Below are positions 20,668 to 28,545 of a stretch of DNA of 64,000 nt, piece after piece; within the stretch, counting starts at the first letter, position 1, and each line of letters starts with the position of its first letter. This DNA comes from an uncultured Chloroflexia bacterium. GTDB taxonomy: Bacteria; Chloroflexota; Limnocylindria; Limnocylindrales; CSP1-4. The position numbers were made by a program, and so were the translations under genes. The notes below the pieces were generated by a model, which was not told where the DNA came from, searched no databases, and worked only from the letters and a program-made list of their open reading frames with translations. The stretch is taken from NCBI GenBank assembly GCA_963718085.1, contig CAVQYA010000001.1:708811-772810 (forward strand), read 5' to 3'.

Positions 20668-20701
20668 AAGTCCCTCGCTCTATCCCCTGAGCTACGGGGG
20701 C
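20626..20701 (-). tRNA. tRNA-Arg (anticodon TCT), CCA encoded
   Basis: Manual fold: acceptor GCCCCCG/CGGGGGC, D-arm GCTCAGGGGATAGAGC, anticodon loop CTTCTAA, T-arm GCAGGTTCGAATCCTGC. Confidence 0.85.
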
Positions 20702-21064
20702 GCACGCGGAGTCTAACGGGCGGGCGGGCGGGCGCGGTTGCTGCGCCCGGTCGACGGCTGCGGAGGCGCCCGATCGACGGCTGCGAACGTGCCGAACCGG
20801 CCCGCCGCCGGTGCTATGCTCCGCGCCCGCGCGGACCGGAGAGCCGCGCCGCAGAGCGATGGAGGCGCGTCCGTGGTCGAGACGACCGAGACGCTCGTGC
20901 GCGGCGCGGCGCCAACACCCGATGCCGTCCCCGACCGCATCGGCGCGCGGCTCCGCCCGGCGATCCACGCCGTCGGCGAGGCACGCACCCCGGCCCCGGG
21001 ACGCAGCCCCCGTCCCATTTCCGGGCAACTGCCCCTGCCCCTCGCCCTGCTTCCCGCGCTGGCG

Positions 21065-22369
21065 ATGGAGGCCGACTGGAAGGACCGGCCGCGCCTCTGG
21101 GGCCACGCCTACCACCCGATGTGCTCCTACCTCGCGAGCTTCCCGGCGGCCCTCGCCCATTCCTTCGTTGCCCGCTACACGCGCCCGGGCGACGTCGTCC
21201 TCGACCCGTTCTCCGGGCGCGGCACCACGCCCCTCCAGGCCTGCGCCGAGGGACGGATCGGCGTCGGCAACGACCTCAACCCGCTGGCCCACGTCCTGAC
21301 GGCCGCCAAGGTCGAGCCACCGACCGGGGGCGACCTGGAAGCGCGGCTCGCCTCGCTGCGTATCGCCTGGTCGTTCGAGGCGCCGGGCTGGATCGAGCTG
21401 GCGGATCGCGTGGCGGCCGGGGCGCCGGCGCCCGTGCCGGCGGCGGGCTCGGGCGGCGACCAGGGTCAGGCCTCGGAGATCGTCCCCGTCGAGGTCACCC
21501 TGGCCTTCCATCCCGGGACGCTCGCGCAGGTCCTCTTCGCCCGGGCCCGGCTCCGCCTCGCCGAGCCGACTGACCAATTCCTTGCCGCGGCGCTCGTCGG
21601 GATCCTCCACGGCAAGCGGCCGGGCTATCTCTCCGAGCTGATGCCGAACACCTTCAGCATGGCCCCGCGGTACGTCCGCGACTTCGCCGCGCGGACGGCC
21701 TTCGCCGCACCCGAGCGCGACCTCTTCGTCCTCCTCGCCGCGAAGCTCCGACGCCTCGCCCGCGACGGGCGTCCGCGGGCGCAGGGGATCGCCCTGCTCG
21801 GGGATGCGCGCGACGCGGGTTCCCGCGCGCGAGCTGCCCTGCGCGATCGGGCGCTGCCCGAACGGGCCCGACTCGTGCTCACCTCCCCGCCCTATCTTCG
21901 GGTACTCAAGTACGGCTACTACAACTGGCTGCGGACCTGGTTCCTGGGCTTCTCCGCCGCCGGGATCGACGCGACCCTCGACGATGCCCATCGCCGCGAG
22001 CCGTATCTCGTCTTCCTGCGGGAGGTGCTGGCCGGCCTGCGGCCGGCGCTCGCCGACGACGCGGTCGTCGCCCTGGTCCTCGGCGACGTCGAGTCGGAGC
22101 GGGGCCGGCCGGCGAGCGACGGGCTCACGATCGGGCTCGCCGACGAGGCGTGGGAGGGCGCCGCGCGGCCCGAGGGCTATCTGCTTGCCGGCGTCGTCGC
22201 CGACGAGGTCGCCGACTCCCGCAAGATGACCAGGCTCTGGGGCGACGAAGCGGGGCGCGCCACGAGACGCGACCGGATCCTGGTGGTCGCGCCGTCGGAG
22301 GCGGGCCGACGACGCGCGGTCGCAGGAGCGGTCGTCCCGGTCGACTGGAGCTGGCCGCAGCGCCGCTGA
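21065..22369 (+). CDS. DNA methyltransferase (N6-adenine/N4-cytosine family, PF01555-like; motif I DPFSGRGTT followed by motif IV SPPY)
   Basis: HPMCSYLASF...VLDPFSGRGTT and LTSPPYL motifs, ~230 aa apart. Start at internal Met MEADW. No adjacent restriction endonuclease. Confidence 0.7.
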   Translation: MEADWKDRPRLWGHAYHPMCSYLASFPAALAHSFVARYTRPGDVVLDPFSGRGTTPLQACAEGRIGVGNDLNPLAHVLTAAKVEPPTGGDLEARLASLRIAWSFEAPGWIELADRVAAGAPAPVPAAGSGGDQGQASEIVPVEVTLAFHPGTLAQVLFARARLRLAEPTDQFLAAALVGILHGKRPGYLSELMPNTFSMAPRYVRDFAARTAFAAPERDLFVLLAAKLRRLARDGRPRAQGIALLGDARDAGSRARAALRDRALPERARLVLTSPPYLRVLKYGYYNWLRTWFLGFSAAGIDATLDDAHRREPYLVFLREVLAGLRPALADDAVVALVLGDVESERGRPASDGLTIGLADEAWEGAARPEGYLLAGVVADEVADSRKMTRLWGDEAGRATRRDRILVVAPSEAGRRRAVAGAVVPVDWSWPQRR

Positions 22370-22595
22370 GCTCCGTCGCGGTGGTCCCCGCCCGGCGGAT
22401 GGTCTCCGTCGCGCCGCTGAGCTCCCGCCGCGGCTCCCATTCCTCTGCCCGCCGCCCCGGCGGCCATTCCCCGCCCGCCCCTGGTTGCCGCCGCGTCGGC
22501 GCCGGACTCCACGGTCCGCCGGACTCCACGGTCCGCCGGTCTCCACGGTGCCGTCGACCCTGCCCGCGACCCGCGGCCTCCGGTACACTCAGCCC

Positions 22596-22823
22596 ATGAT
22601 GTCGATGTACCACCCGGACGATCTCGCGGCGATGGATCCCCTCGTCCTGATGAAGAATCTCGACCACGTGAGGATGACGAGCCGCCGGCTCAGCTACATC
22701 CTCCAGCAGCAGGTGCACCTGTACACGCCCCAGGCGAACCAGATCCGCGAGAAGATCGACACCTACGTGGAGGCCGAGCGCCAGATCGAGGGCGAGATGG
22801 CGCGCCGCCGGGTCCGCGCCTAG
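22596..22823 (+). CDS. hypothetical small protein (75 aa)
   Basis: Good codon usage and moderate charge, unlike the surrounding Arg-rich spurious ORFs. Confidence 0.4.
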   Translation: MMSMYHPDDLAAMDPLVLMKNLDHVRMTSRRLSYILQQQVHLYTPQANQIREKIDTYVEAERQIEGEMARRRVRA

Positions 22824-22838
22824 CCCTCGCGCCCTCGT

Positions 22839-22880
22839 CGGCCGGGCGCAAGTCGCCGGCCGGGCGCAAGTCGCCGGCCG
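22839..22880. repeat. 18-bp tandem repeat x2 (GGCCGGGCGCAAGTCGCC) just after the stop of the small ORF
   Basis: Read directly from the sequence. Confidence 0.7.
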
Positions 22881-22980
22881 CCAGGTCCGCCCCGATGGCA
22901 TCGGCGGTCGGCCTTCGGGCCGCTTCTGCGCCGCCGGGTCCGCGATCAGTCGTTGCTCACGCGGCCCGGCTGGACGCGGC

Positions 22981-23289
22981 TCAGTGCGACGCCGCGATCG
23001 CCGACCGACGTCTCTCGCGAAGCCCCGGACCGGGCACGCCGGCCGCGCGTTCCTCCTCGATCACGGCCGCGGCCATCGCCGCGAGGCGCGGCGTGCCGAA
23101 CAGGCTGAACCAGATCCCACGTTCCTCGAGATCGGCGCACCCATAGCCGCGGAAGAGGCTCCGGCTCGCGACCGCCCACATCTCGTCGTAGAGCTCCGGC
23201 CAGCCGACGCGGCGTCGGGCCCGGCAGAACCTGACGAACTCCACGGCCTCTGGGTCGGCCGCGTCGAGCGCGTCCGCGCACGGATCCAT
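22981..23289 (-). CDS. hypothetical protein (102 aa from internal Met MDPCADAL)
   Basis: Coding-like C-terminal portion of the 163-aa ORF. Confidence 0.35.
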   Translation of the reverse strand: MDPCADALDAADPEAVEFVRFCRARRRVGWPELYDEMWAVASRSLFRGYGCADLEERGIWFSLFGTPRLAAMAAAVIEEERAAGVPGPGLRERRRSAIAASH

Positions 23290-23653
23290 CGATACCCTCT
23301 CCCTCCCGCGCACGGCGCGGCACGAACCTCGGACGGACCTGGGGGCCTGCGGTCTCCGCGGATTCGGGCGGTCCGACCACAGTGCCGGGGCGCGATCTCG
23401 GTGCCCTGGACTTCCGCCTTCCGCTCTCTCCAGCCTGGGCGACCCCGGAATCCTACGCGGTCCGGGCGGCACCCCGGAAGTGCCTTGTCCACCAACCTTC
23501 CCACCGACTTGTCCACAGGTGCAGGTGCTTGGTGGACGGCACCGGGCAGGTCCGGGAGATCCGTGGAAAGCCGGCGGCCTCTCCCTCTTGACACGCCGCA
23601 GCGGACCCGCGAAATCGGGCCACGGGGCCGCGGCAGACCCGCGGGAAGCGGCC

Positions 23654-24724
23654 TCAGGGTCGGGCCGCGACCCCCAGGCCGGGCGCGTCGGTCAGGCGCC
23701 ACCGGCAGTCGTCGCCGAGCTCGAGCCCGCTGAAGGGGTCGTCAGCGAGGAGCAGGCACCCGTCGAGATCGACCCACTCGGCCAGCGACGCGACCGCCGC
23801 GGAGGCGGCGATCCCGACCCGGGTCTCTTCCATGCAGCCGAGGAACGTCCGGAAGCCGAGCTCGCGGGCGCGGGCCAGCATGCGCGCGGCCGGACCCACG
23901 CCACCGCACTTGGCGAGCTTGACGTTGACGCCGTCAACCACTCCGACGAGGGCGTCGAGATCCTCGATCGTCACGGCGCTCTCGTCGGCGACGATCGGCA
24001 GCGGCGAGGTCGCCTGCAGGTCGCGCAGCCAATCGTACCGGCGAGGTGGGAACGGCTGCTCGATCAGCTCGACGCCGAGTCGCACGAGCTCGGGGATGAG
24101 CGGCGCCGCGGTCTCCGGCGTCCAGCCCGTGTTCGCGTCGACCCGGATCGGCCCGCCATAGACCGACCGCACTGCCTCGAGGGTGGCGAGGTCGGCCGGT
24201 CCGCCCAGCTTGATCTTGAGGGCCGGGAAGCGGGCCGCGCGACGGGCGCGTTCCGCGACCACCCCAGGCTCGTCGAGCCCCAGCGTGAAGTCGGTCGGCG
24301 GAATGTCGGCGGAGAGCCCCAGGAGCCGGTGGGCTGGCGTCCCCGTCGCCTTCCCGGCGAGGTCGTGGAGGGCGATGTCGAGGGCGCACTTGGCGGCTCC
24401 GTGGCCGCGGATCGCGGCCTCGAAGGCGGCCCCGATCGCCTCGAGCGACGCTGCAGCCACCGCCGGGCCCGACGTGTCGAGGTCGGCCGGGCCGACCGCG
24501 TCGAGGAGCAGGTCCATCACCACCGGGATCGTCGCCGTCGTCTCCCCGTAGTAGGCGTCGGGATAGCCCTCGCCGAGCCCGACGAGCCCCGGCAGGCGCT
24601 CGGAACGCAGCTCCACGATCACGGTCGTCATCACGGCGCCCCCGTGCTGGGAGCGGGCAATCCGGAAGGGATCGCGATACGGGATCCGGAGGACCCGGGT
24701 CCGAAGATCCCAGCCGTGGCTCAT
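23654..24724 (-). CDS. enolase-superfamily dipeptide epimerase / N-acyl amino acid racemase-like (L-Ala-D/L-Glu epimerase family; DgcA-like)
   Basis: 356 aa. Metal-ligand and catalytic-lysine pattern of MR/MLE enzymes (KIKLGG, VDANTGW, ADESA, KLAKCGG). Start ATGA overlaps the upstream gene. Confidence 0.75.
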   Translation of the reverse strand: MSHGWDLRTRVLRIPYRDPFRIARSQHGGAVMTTVIVELRSERLPGLVGLGEGYPDAYYGETTATIPVVMDLLLDAVGPADLDTSGPAVAAASLEAIGAAFEAAIRGHGAAKCALDIALHDLAGKATGTPAHRLLGLSADIPPTDFTLGLDEPGVVAERARRAARFPALKIKLGGPADLATLEAVRSVYGGPIRVDANTGWTPETAAPLIPELVRLGVELIEQPFPPRRYDWLRDLQATSPLPIVADESAVTIEDLDALVGVVDGVNVKLAKCGGVGPAARMLARARELGFRTFLGCMEETRVGIAASAAVASLAEWVDLDGCLLLADDPFSGLELGDDCRWRLTDAPGLGVAARP

Positions 24725-25821
24725 CGATCGCCTCCTACCCACGGCAGCGCGTCGACCGCCGCCTTGATGTCGACCCACAGCGACCCCGCCCCGAACCGCA
24801 CTGGGTCTGCGGCCGGCAGGCCGGTCTCGGCGGCGACCGACTCGACGACACGACGCGCCTCGGCCTCGTCCGGGTAGAGGGACGTGTTGACGGCTACGGC
24901 CACGACCCGCGCGGGCGCCACCAGCCCCGCGATCCGCTCGTGCAGGTCGATGAAGGGGCGCAATGGCGCGATCGGGAACGAGCGCTCCGGGAGATGGTCG
25001 AAGTCGTGGGCCGCCAGGCCGGCCCGGTGGACGAGGACCATCGCGTGCGGCGTCGCGCCGTGGATCAGCCCCAGGGTCACCGCGCTGTAGGCGGGATGGT
25101 CGAGGCTCCCCTGCCCTTCCACGATCACCCAGTCGCCGAGGCGCTCGCCTTCCTCGACCAGCCATTCGACGGTCCCGTTGAGGAAGTCGCTGATCACGCG
25201 GTCGACGGCGACTCCCCAGCCGTCGATCATCATCCCGGTCTGGCCGGTCGGGACGAAGGCGACGGGGTCGCCGGCGGCGCGCGCCGCGTTGCGCAGCTCC
25301 AGGGCGACCGACATCTTGCCGATGGCGCAATCCGTGCCGACCGTGAGGATCACTCGCTTGCCCGGCTCGTGGCGACGCCCGGTCGCGGTCTCGAAGCGCT
25401 CGGGCGGCCGCCGGTAGTCGACGATGTGGACCCCCGCGATCGCCGCTGCCGACGATAGCTCGGGGTCGTCGCCGAGGAACGTGTGGAGCCCGGAATGCAG
25501 CTCCAGGCCGGCGTCGATCGCCCCGTGGAGGATCGCCCGCCAGGCGTCGGGGAGGCGGCCGCCCGTTGGCGCGATTCCGACCAGCAGCGTGTCGGGCCGA
25601 GGCCGCCCGGGCACCGCCACTGCCTCGGCCAGGGTGCCGACGATCGGGACGTCGGACCCGGGGATCCATTCCGCCGTGCTGCGCCCCGCGAGCGTCGAGT
25701 CCAGTACCGCGATCACGTCGTCGCGGCCGTAGCGGATCACGCCGAAGGCTGTCTTGCCCGAATGGGGGCCGAACTGGCCCTCGGTGAGGATCACGAGCCG
25801 GCGCGGCGCCTGCGGATGCAT
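24721..25821 (-). CDS. DUF1611 family protein (DgcN-like putative N-acetyltransferase)
   Basis: 366 aa with conserved DUF1611 blocks (ILTEGQFGPHSGKTA, VGTDCAIGKMS). 4-nt overlap with the downstream epimerase. Confidence 0.65.
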   Translation of the reverse strand: MHPQAPRRLVILTEGQFGPHSGKTAFGVIRYGRDDVIAVLDSTLAGRSTAEWIPGSDVPIVGTLAEAVAVPGRPRPDTLLVGIAPTGGRLPDAWRAILHGAIDAGLELHSGLHTFLGDDPELSSAAAIAGVHIVDYRRPPERFETATGRRHEPGKRVILTVGTDCAIGKMSVALELRNAARAAGDPVAFVPTGQTGMMIDGWGVAVDRVISDFLNGTVEWLVEEGERLGDWVIVEGQGSLDHPAYSAVTLGLIHGATPHAMVLVHRAGLAAHDFDHLPERSFPIAPLRPFIDLHERIAGLVAPARVVAVAVNTSLYPDEAEARRVVESVAAETGLPAADPVRFGAGSLWVDIKAAVDALPWVGGDR

Positions 25822-25915
25822 CGGGCCTCCCGTCGCGCGCCGTCCGCCGCGGCCGACCGGGCCGGGAAAGGTAACGCCCCCGGGGCGCGGACCGGGGGCG
25901 TTGGATCGTTCTTCT

Positions 25916-25991
25916 GGTACCGCATACCGGATTCGAACCGGTGGTCTCCGCCTTGAGAGGGCGGTGTCCTGGGCCTCTAGACGAATGCGGC
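25916..25991 (-). tRNA. tRNA-Glu (anticodon CTC), CCA encoded; G1-U72 wobble
   Basis: Near-identical arms to canonical tRNA-Glu (TCGTCTAGAGGCCCAGGACACCGCC...GGCGG, TTCGAAT T-loop). Anticodon loop CTCTCAA. Confidence 0.75.
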
Positions 25992-26150
25992 ACGTGGTCG
26001 GTGGCCGGAACCCTCGAACCGTGACGAGAATAGCAGAGGCCCGCGAAGGGCGGCAAGGGCACGGGCGGCAGGGGCACGAGCGGCAGGGGCGCCCCGGCCC
26101 GCGCCCGGGACGCGCGCCGGCTCACGGTGCGCCGGCAGCCGGCCGCGCCG

Positions 26151-27044
26151 TTACAGGCGGTGCGCCTCCAGGAAGGCCCGCACCCGGTCGGCCACCTGGC
26201 GGTGGCCCTCCTCCGAGAGCACGAGGCCGTAGTGTGACGCGGCGCCGAACTGCTCGTGCTCGGCGCCCAGCCAACCGGCGAGGCGCTCCGCCGTGAGCGC
26301 GGCCGGGGCGCCGTCGACCCCGGAGCCGACGACGAGCGTGGGCACGCCCTCCAGCAGGATCGGCCGCACCGGGACGCCGGCCAGCATGGACGCGCGCGCC
26401 CGACCCGACTCTCTCGGCTTCTGGCCGAGCAGGTGCTGGATCCGCAGGACCTCGTCGAGGGAGAGGTCGCGGTTCTCCCTCTGCAGCTTCTCGGGTAGCG
26501 TCTCCCATCCCAGCGTGGCCCGCCCGTAGACCGGCGGAACGTCCCGCCCGACGTGGGGCTTCGCGGGCGGCCGGATCGCGGCGGGCGCCTCGGCGTCGAG
26601 CAGCACCAGGCCACCCACGCGGACCCGCTCCGCGGCCGCCTTGAGGACCAGGAGGCCGCCCAGCCCATGGCCCACCGCGACGGCGTTCGGGCCAACCCGT
26701 TCGAGCCCCGCCGCAACGTCGTCGAGATAGGTCTCGAACGAGAGGCCCTGGGGATCTGCCGTGCGGCTCCAGTAGTGGTTGCCGAGGTTGAGTGCGTGGC
26801 CCTCCCAGCCGCGCCCCGCGAAGTAGCGAAGCCAGCGCTCCCAGAGCCACGATCCGGCCAGCTCGCCGTGGACGTAGAAGAGCGGGCGGCGGCGCGAACG
26901 TCGTTCGGGCAGCCAGCTCTCGATGTAGATGCCGCGCTCCTCGATCTCGATCTCGTCCTTGCGGACGGGCCGGCCCCCGGGCACGGCACCGCCCGACGCC
27001 GAGATCGGGCGCGGCCAGTCGCGATCGAGCGGGTCGTCGCTCAT
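26151..27044 (-). CDS. alpha/beta-hydrolase fold protein
   Basis: 297 aa, nucleophile elbow GHGLGG. Confidence 0.7.
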   Translation of the reverse strand: MSDDPLDRDWPRPISASGGAVPGGRPVRKDEIEIEERGIYIESWLPERRSRRRPLFYVHGELAGSWLWERWLRYFAGRGWEGHALNLGNHYWSRTADPQGLSFETYLDDVAAGLERVGPNAVAVGHGLGGLLVLKAAAERVRVGGLVLLDAEAPAAIRPPAKPHVGRDVPPVYGRATLGWETLPEKLQRENRDLSLDEVLRIQHLLGQKPRESGRARASMLAGVPVRPILLEGVPTLVVGSGVDGAPAALTAERLAGWLGAEHEQFGAASHYGLVLSEEGHRQVADRVRAFLEAHRL

Positions 27045-27045
27045 C

Positions 27046-28368
27046 TCACCACTCGAGCGGGTTGAGGACGAAGCCGGAGACCGGCTTCGGATAGAAGTAG
27101 GTGCTCTTCTGGGGCATCACGTCGCCGTCGCGGGCCACCGCGGTGATCTCGGCGACCGGCGTGGCCTCGAGCAGGAAGGCAGCATCGGCCCCTTCGACCC
27201 GCTCGTCCACCCATCCGATCGCCTCGCCGGCGTCCTTCGTGTAGCCGATCCGGCCCCCGGTCGTCGTCGCGGCCCGGTCGACCGCGCAGAGCCGCTCGAG
27301 CGCAACCGCGAGGAGGGTGACGTCCAGGCGACGCACGGCCTCGCCCCCGGCCGGCAGGAGCGGACCGAAGGCCTCGCGGCGCGCAGTCAGGATCGCGCCC
27401 TGCGCGCGGGTCCAGAGCCCGATCCGCCCGCGCCCGCCGGGCGCCTGCGCCTCCGCGCCGAACGCCCCGAGGAGCCCCGCCCGGTCGGCCGGCTCCACCT
27501 CGAACAGGCCGGACGACGACGCGGCCTCCACGAGACCCTCCGCGCCGTTCACGGCTCGGACCACGCGGTGCGTCGGCAGCGCCAGCAGCCGCTCGGCCGC
27601 CGCGTCCACGAAGAGCGCCAGCACGAAGTCGAAGGGCGGGTCTTCCTCGCCCGCGCGCGTCATGCGCCGCTCGTCCCGGTACCGCAGCGCCGTCTCGTAG
27701 CGGTGGTGGCCATCGGCGATCGTCACGGGTTCCCGCCCGGCCGCTTCGCGCAGCCCGGCCACGAGCGTGGCCGTCGGCCCATCGTCCGGGACCATCCAGA
27801 GGCGGTGCCGGACGCCGTCGTCGTCGGTCGCGTCGGCGACGGCCGGCGCCTCGCTCGCCTCGGCGAGATGACCGCGCGCCACCCCCGTGGCGTCGCCGTA
27901 GAGGACCATCACGGCGGAGAAGTTCGCGCCGGTCGCGCGCATGAGCTTGTAGCGGTCCTCCCGGGGTCCGGCCAGCGTCCGCTCGTGGGGGAGGACCCCG
28001 CCTTCCGGGCCGTACGCCTCCAGGCGGAGCCGTCCGAAGAAGCCACGCTGGACGTGACGCAGCGACGTGCCGGGAACCGTGTACTCCTGCTCGTAGACGT
28101 AGAGCGACGGCAGGCGGTCCTTCCGCAGCGTCCCGTCCGAGCGCCAGGCGGCGAACGTGCGGGCCGCCTGCCTGTACTTCTCGTCCGGGTCCGCGGCCCC
28201 GGCATCGACGGGCAGGTCGATCGCGACGACGTTGCGCGGGTCACGGGCCGCGAGCTGCATCCGCCGCGCGGGTGAGACGACGTCGTAGGGTGGCGCGACC
28301 ACCCGCGAGAGATCGGGCACCGCCTCGGGGTCGTAGCGCAGCGCACGGAACGCGCGGATCTCGGGCAC
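27046..28368 (-). CDS. conserved hypothetical protein, DUF1015-like
   Basis: ~440 aa from GTG (VPEIRAFRALRY) with GGAGG 6 nt upstream. C-terminal KSTYFYPKPVSGFVLNPLEW signature. The upstream 197 aa of the ORF are GC artefact. Confidence 0.55.
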   Translation of the reverse strand: MPEIRAFRALRYDPEAVPDLSRVVAPPYDVVSPARRMQLAARDPRNVVAIDLPVDAGAADPDEKYRQAARTFAAWRSDGTLRKDRLPSLYVYEQEYTVPGTSLRHVQRGFFGRLRLEAYGPEGGVLPHERTLAGPREDRYKLMRATGANFSAVMVLYGDATGVARGHLAEASEAPAVADATDDDGVRHRLWMVPDDGPTATLVAGLREAAGREPVTIADGHHRYETALRYRDERRMTRAGEEDPPFDFVLALFVDAAAERLLALPTHRVVRAVNGAEGLVEAASSSGLFEVEPADRAGLLGAFGAEAQAPGGRGRIGLWTRAQGAILTARREAFGPLLPAGGEAVRRLDVTLLAVALERLCAVDRAATTTGGRIGYTKDAGEAIGWVDERVEGADAAFLLEATPVAEITAVARDGDVMPQKSTYFYPKPVSGFVLNPLEW

Positions 28369-28545
28369 GCAGCCTCCATGGGCACCGGGGCCGTAGTCCG
28401 GCCGGCCTGCGCCGCGCGATGCGCGGCGGGATGGCGCAGAGTGTACCGCGCCGAGGCCGACGATCCGCCCGCCGGCGAAACTTTCCGGGTGGGTCCGCCG
28501 TCTGGATCGCAGGCCGCCCGCGGGGTGGGTCAAGAGAGGGGTGCC

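Noticed and set aside
25992-26150. GGCGGCAGGGGCACG-like triple repeat between tRNA-Glu and the hydrolase gene
   Set aside because: Short, imperfect, G-rich. Likely incidental in high-GC intergenic DNA. Noted but not assigned a function.
23654-26989. 1111-aa minus-strand ORF
   Set aside because: Composite of the real epimerase gene at its 3-prime end plus Arg/Pro-rich read-through across DUF1611 (other frame), tRNA-Glu and the hydrolase gene.
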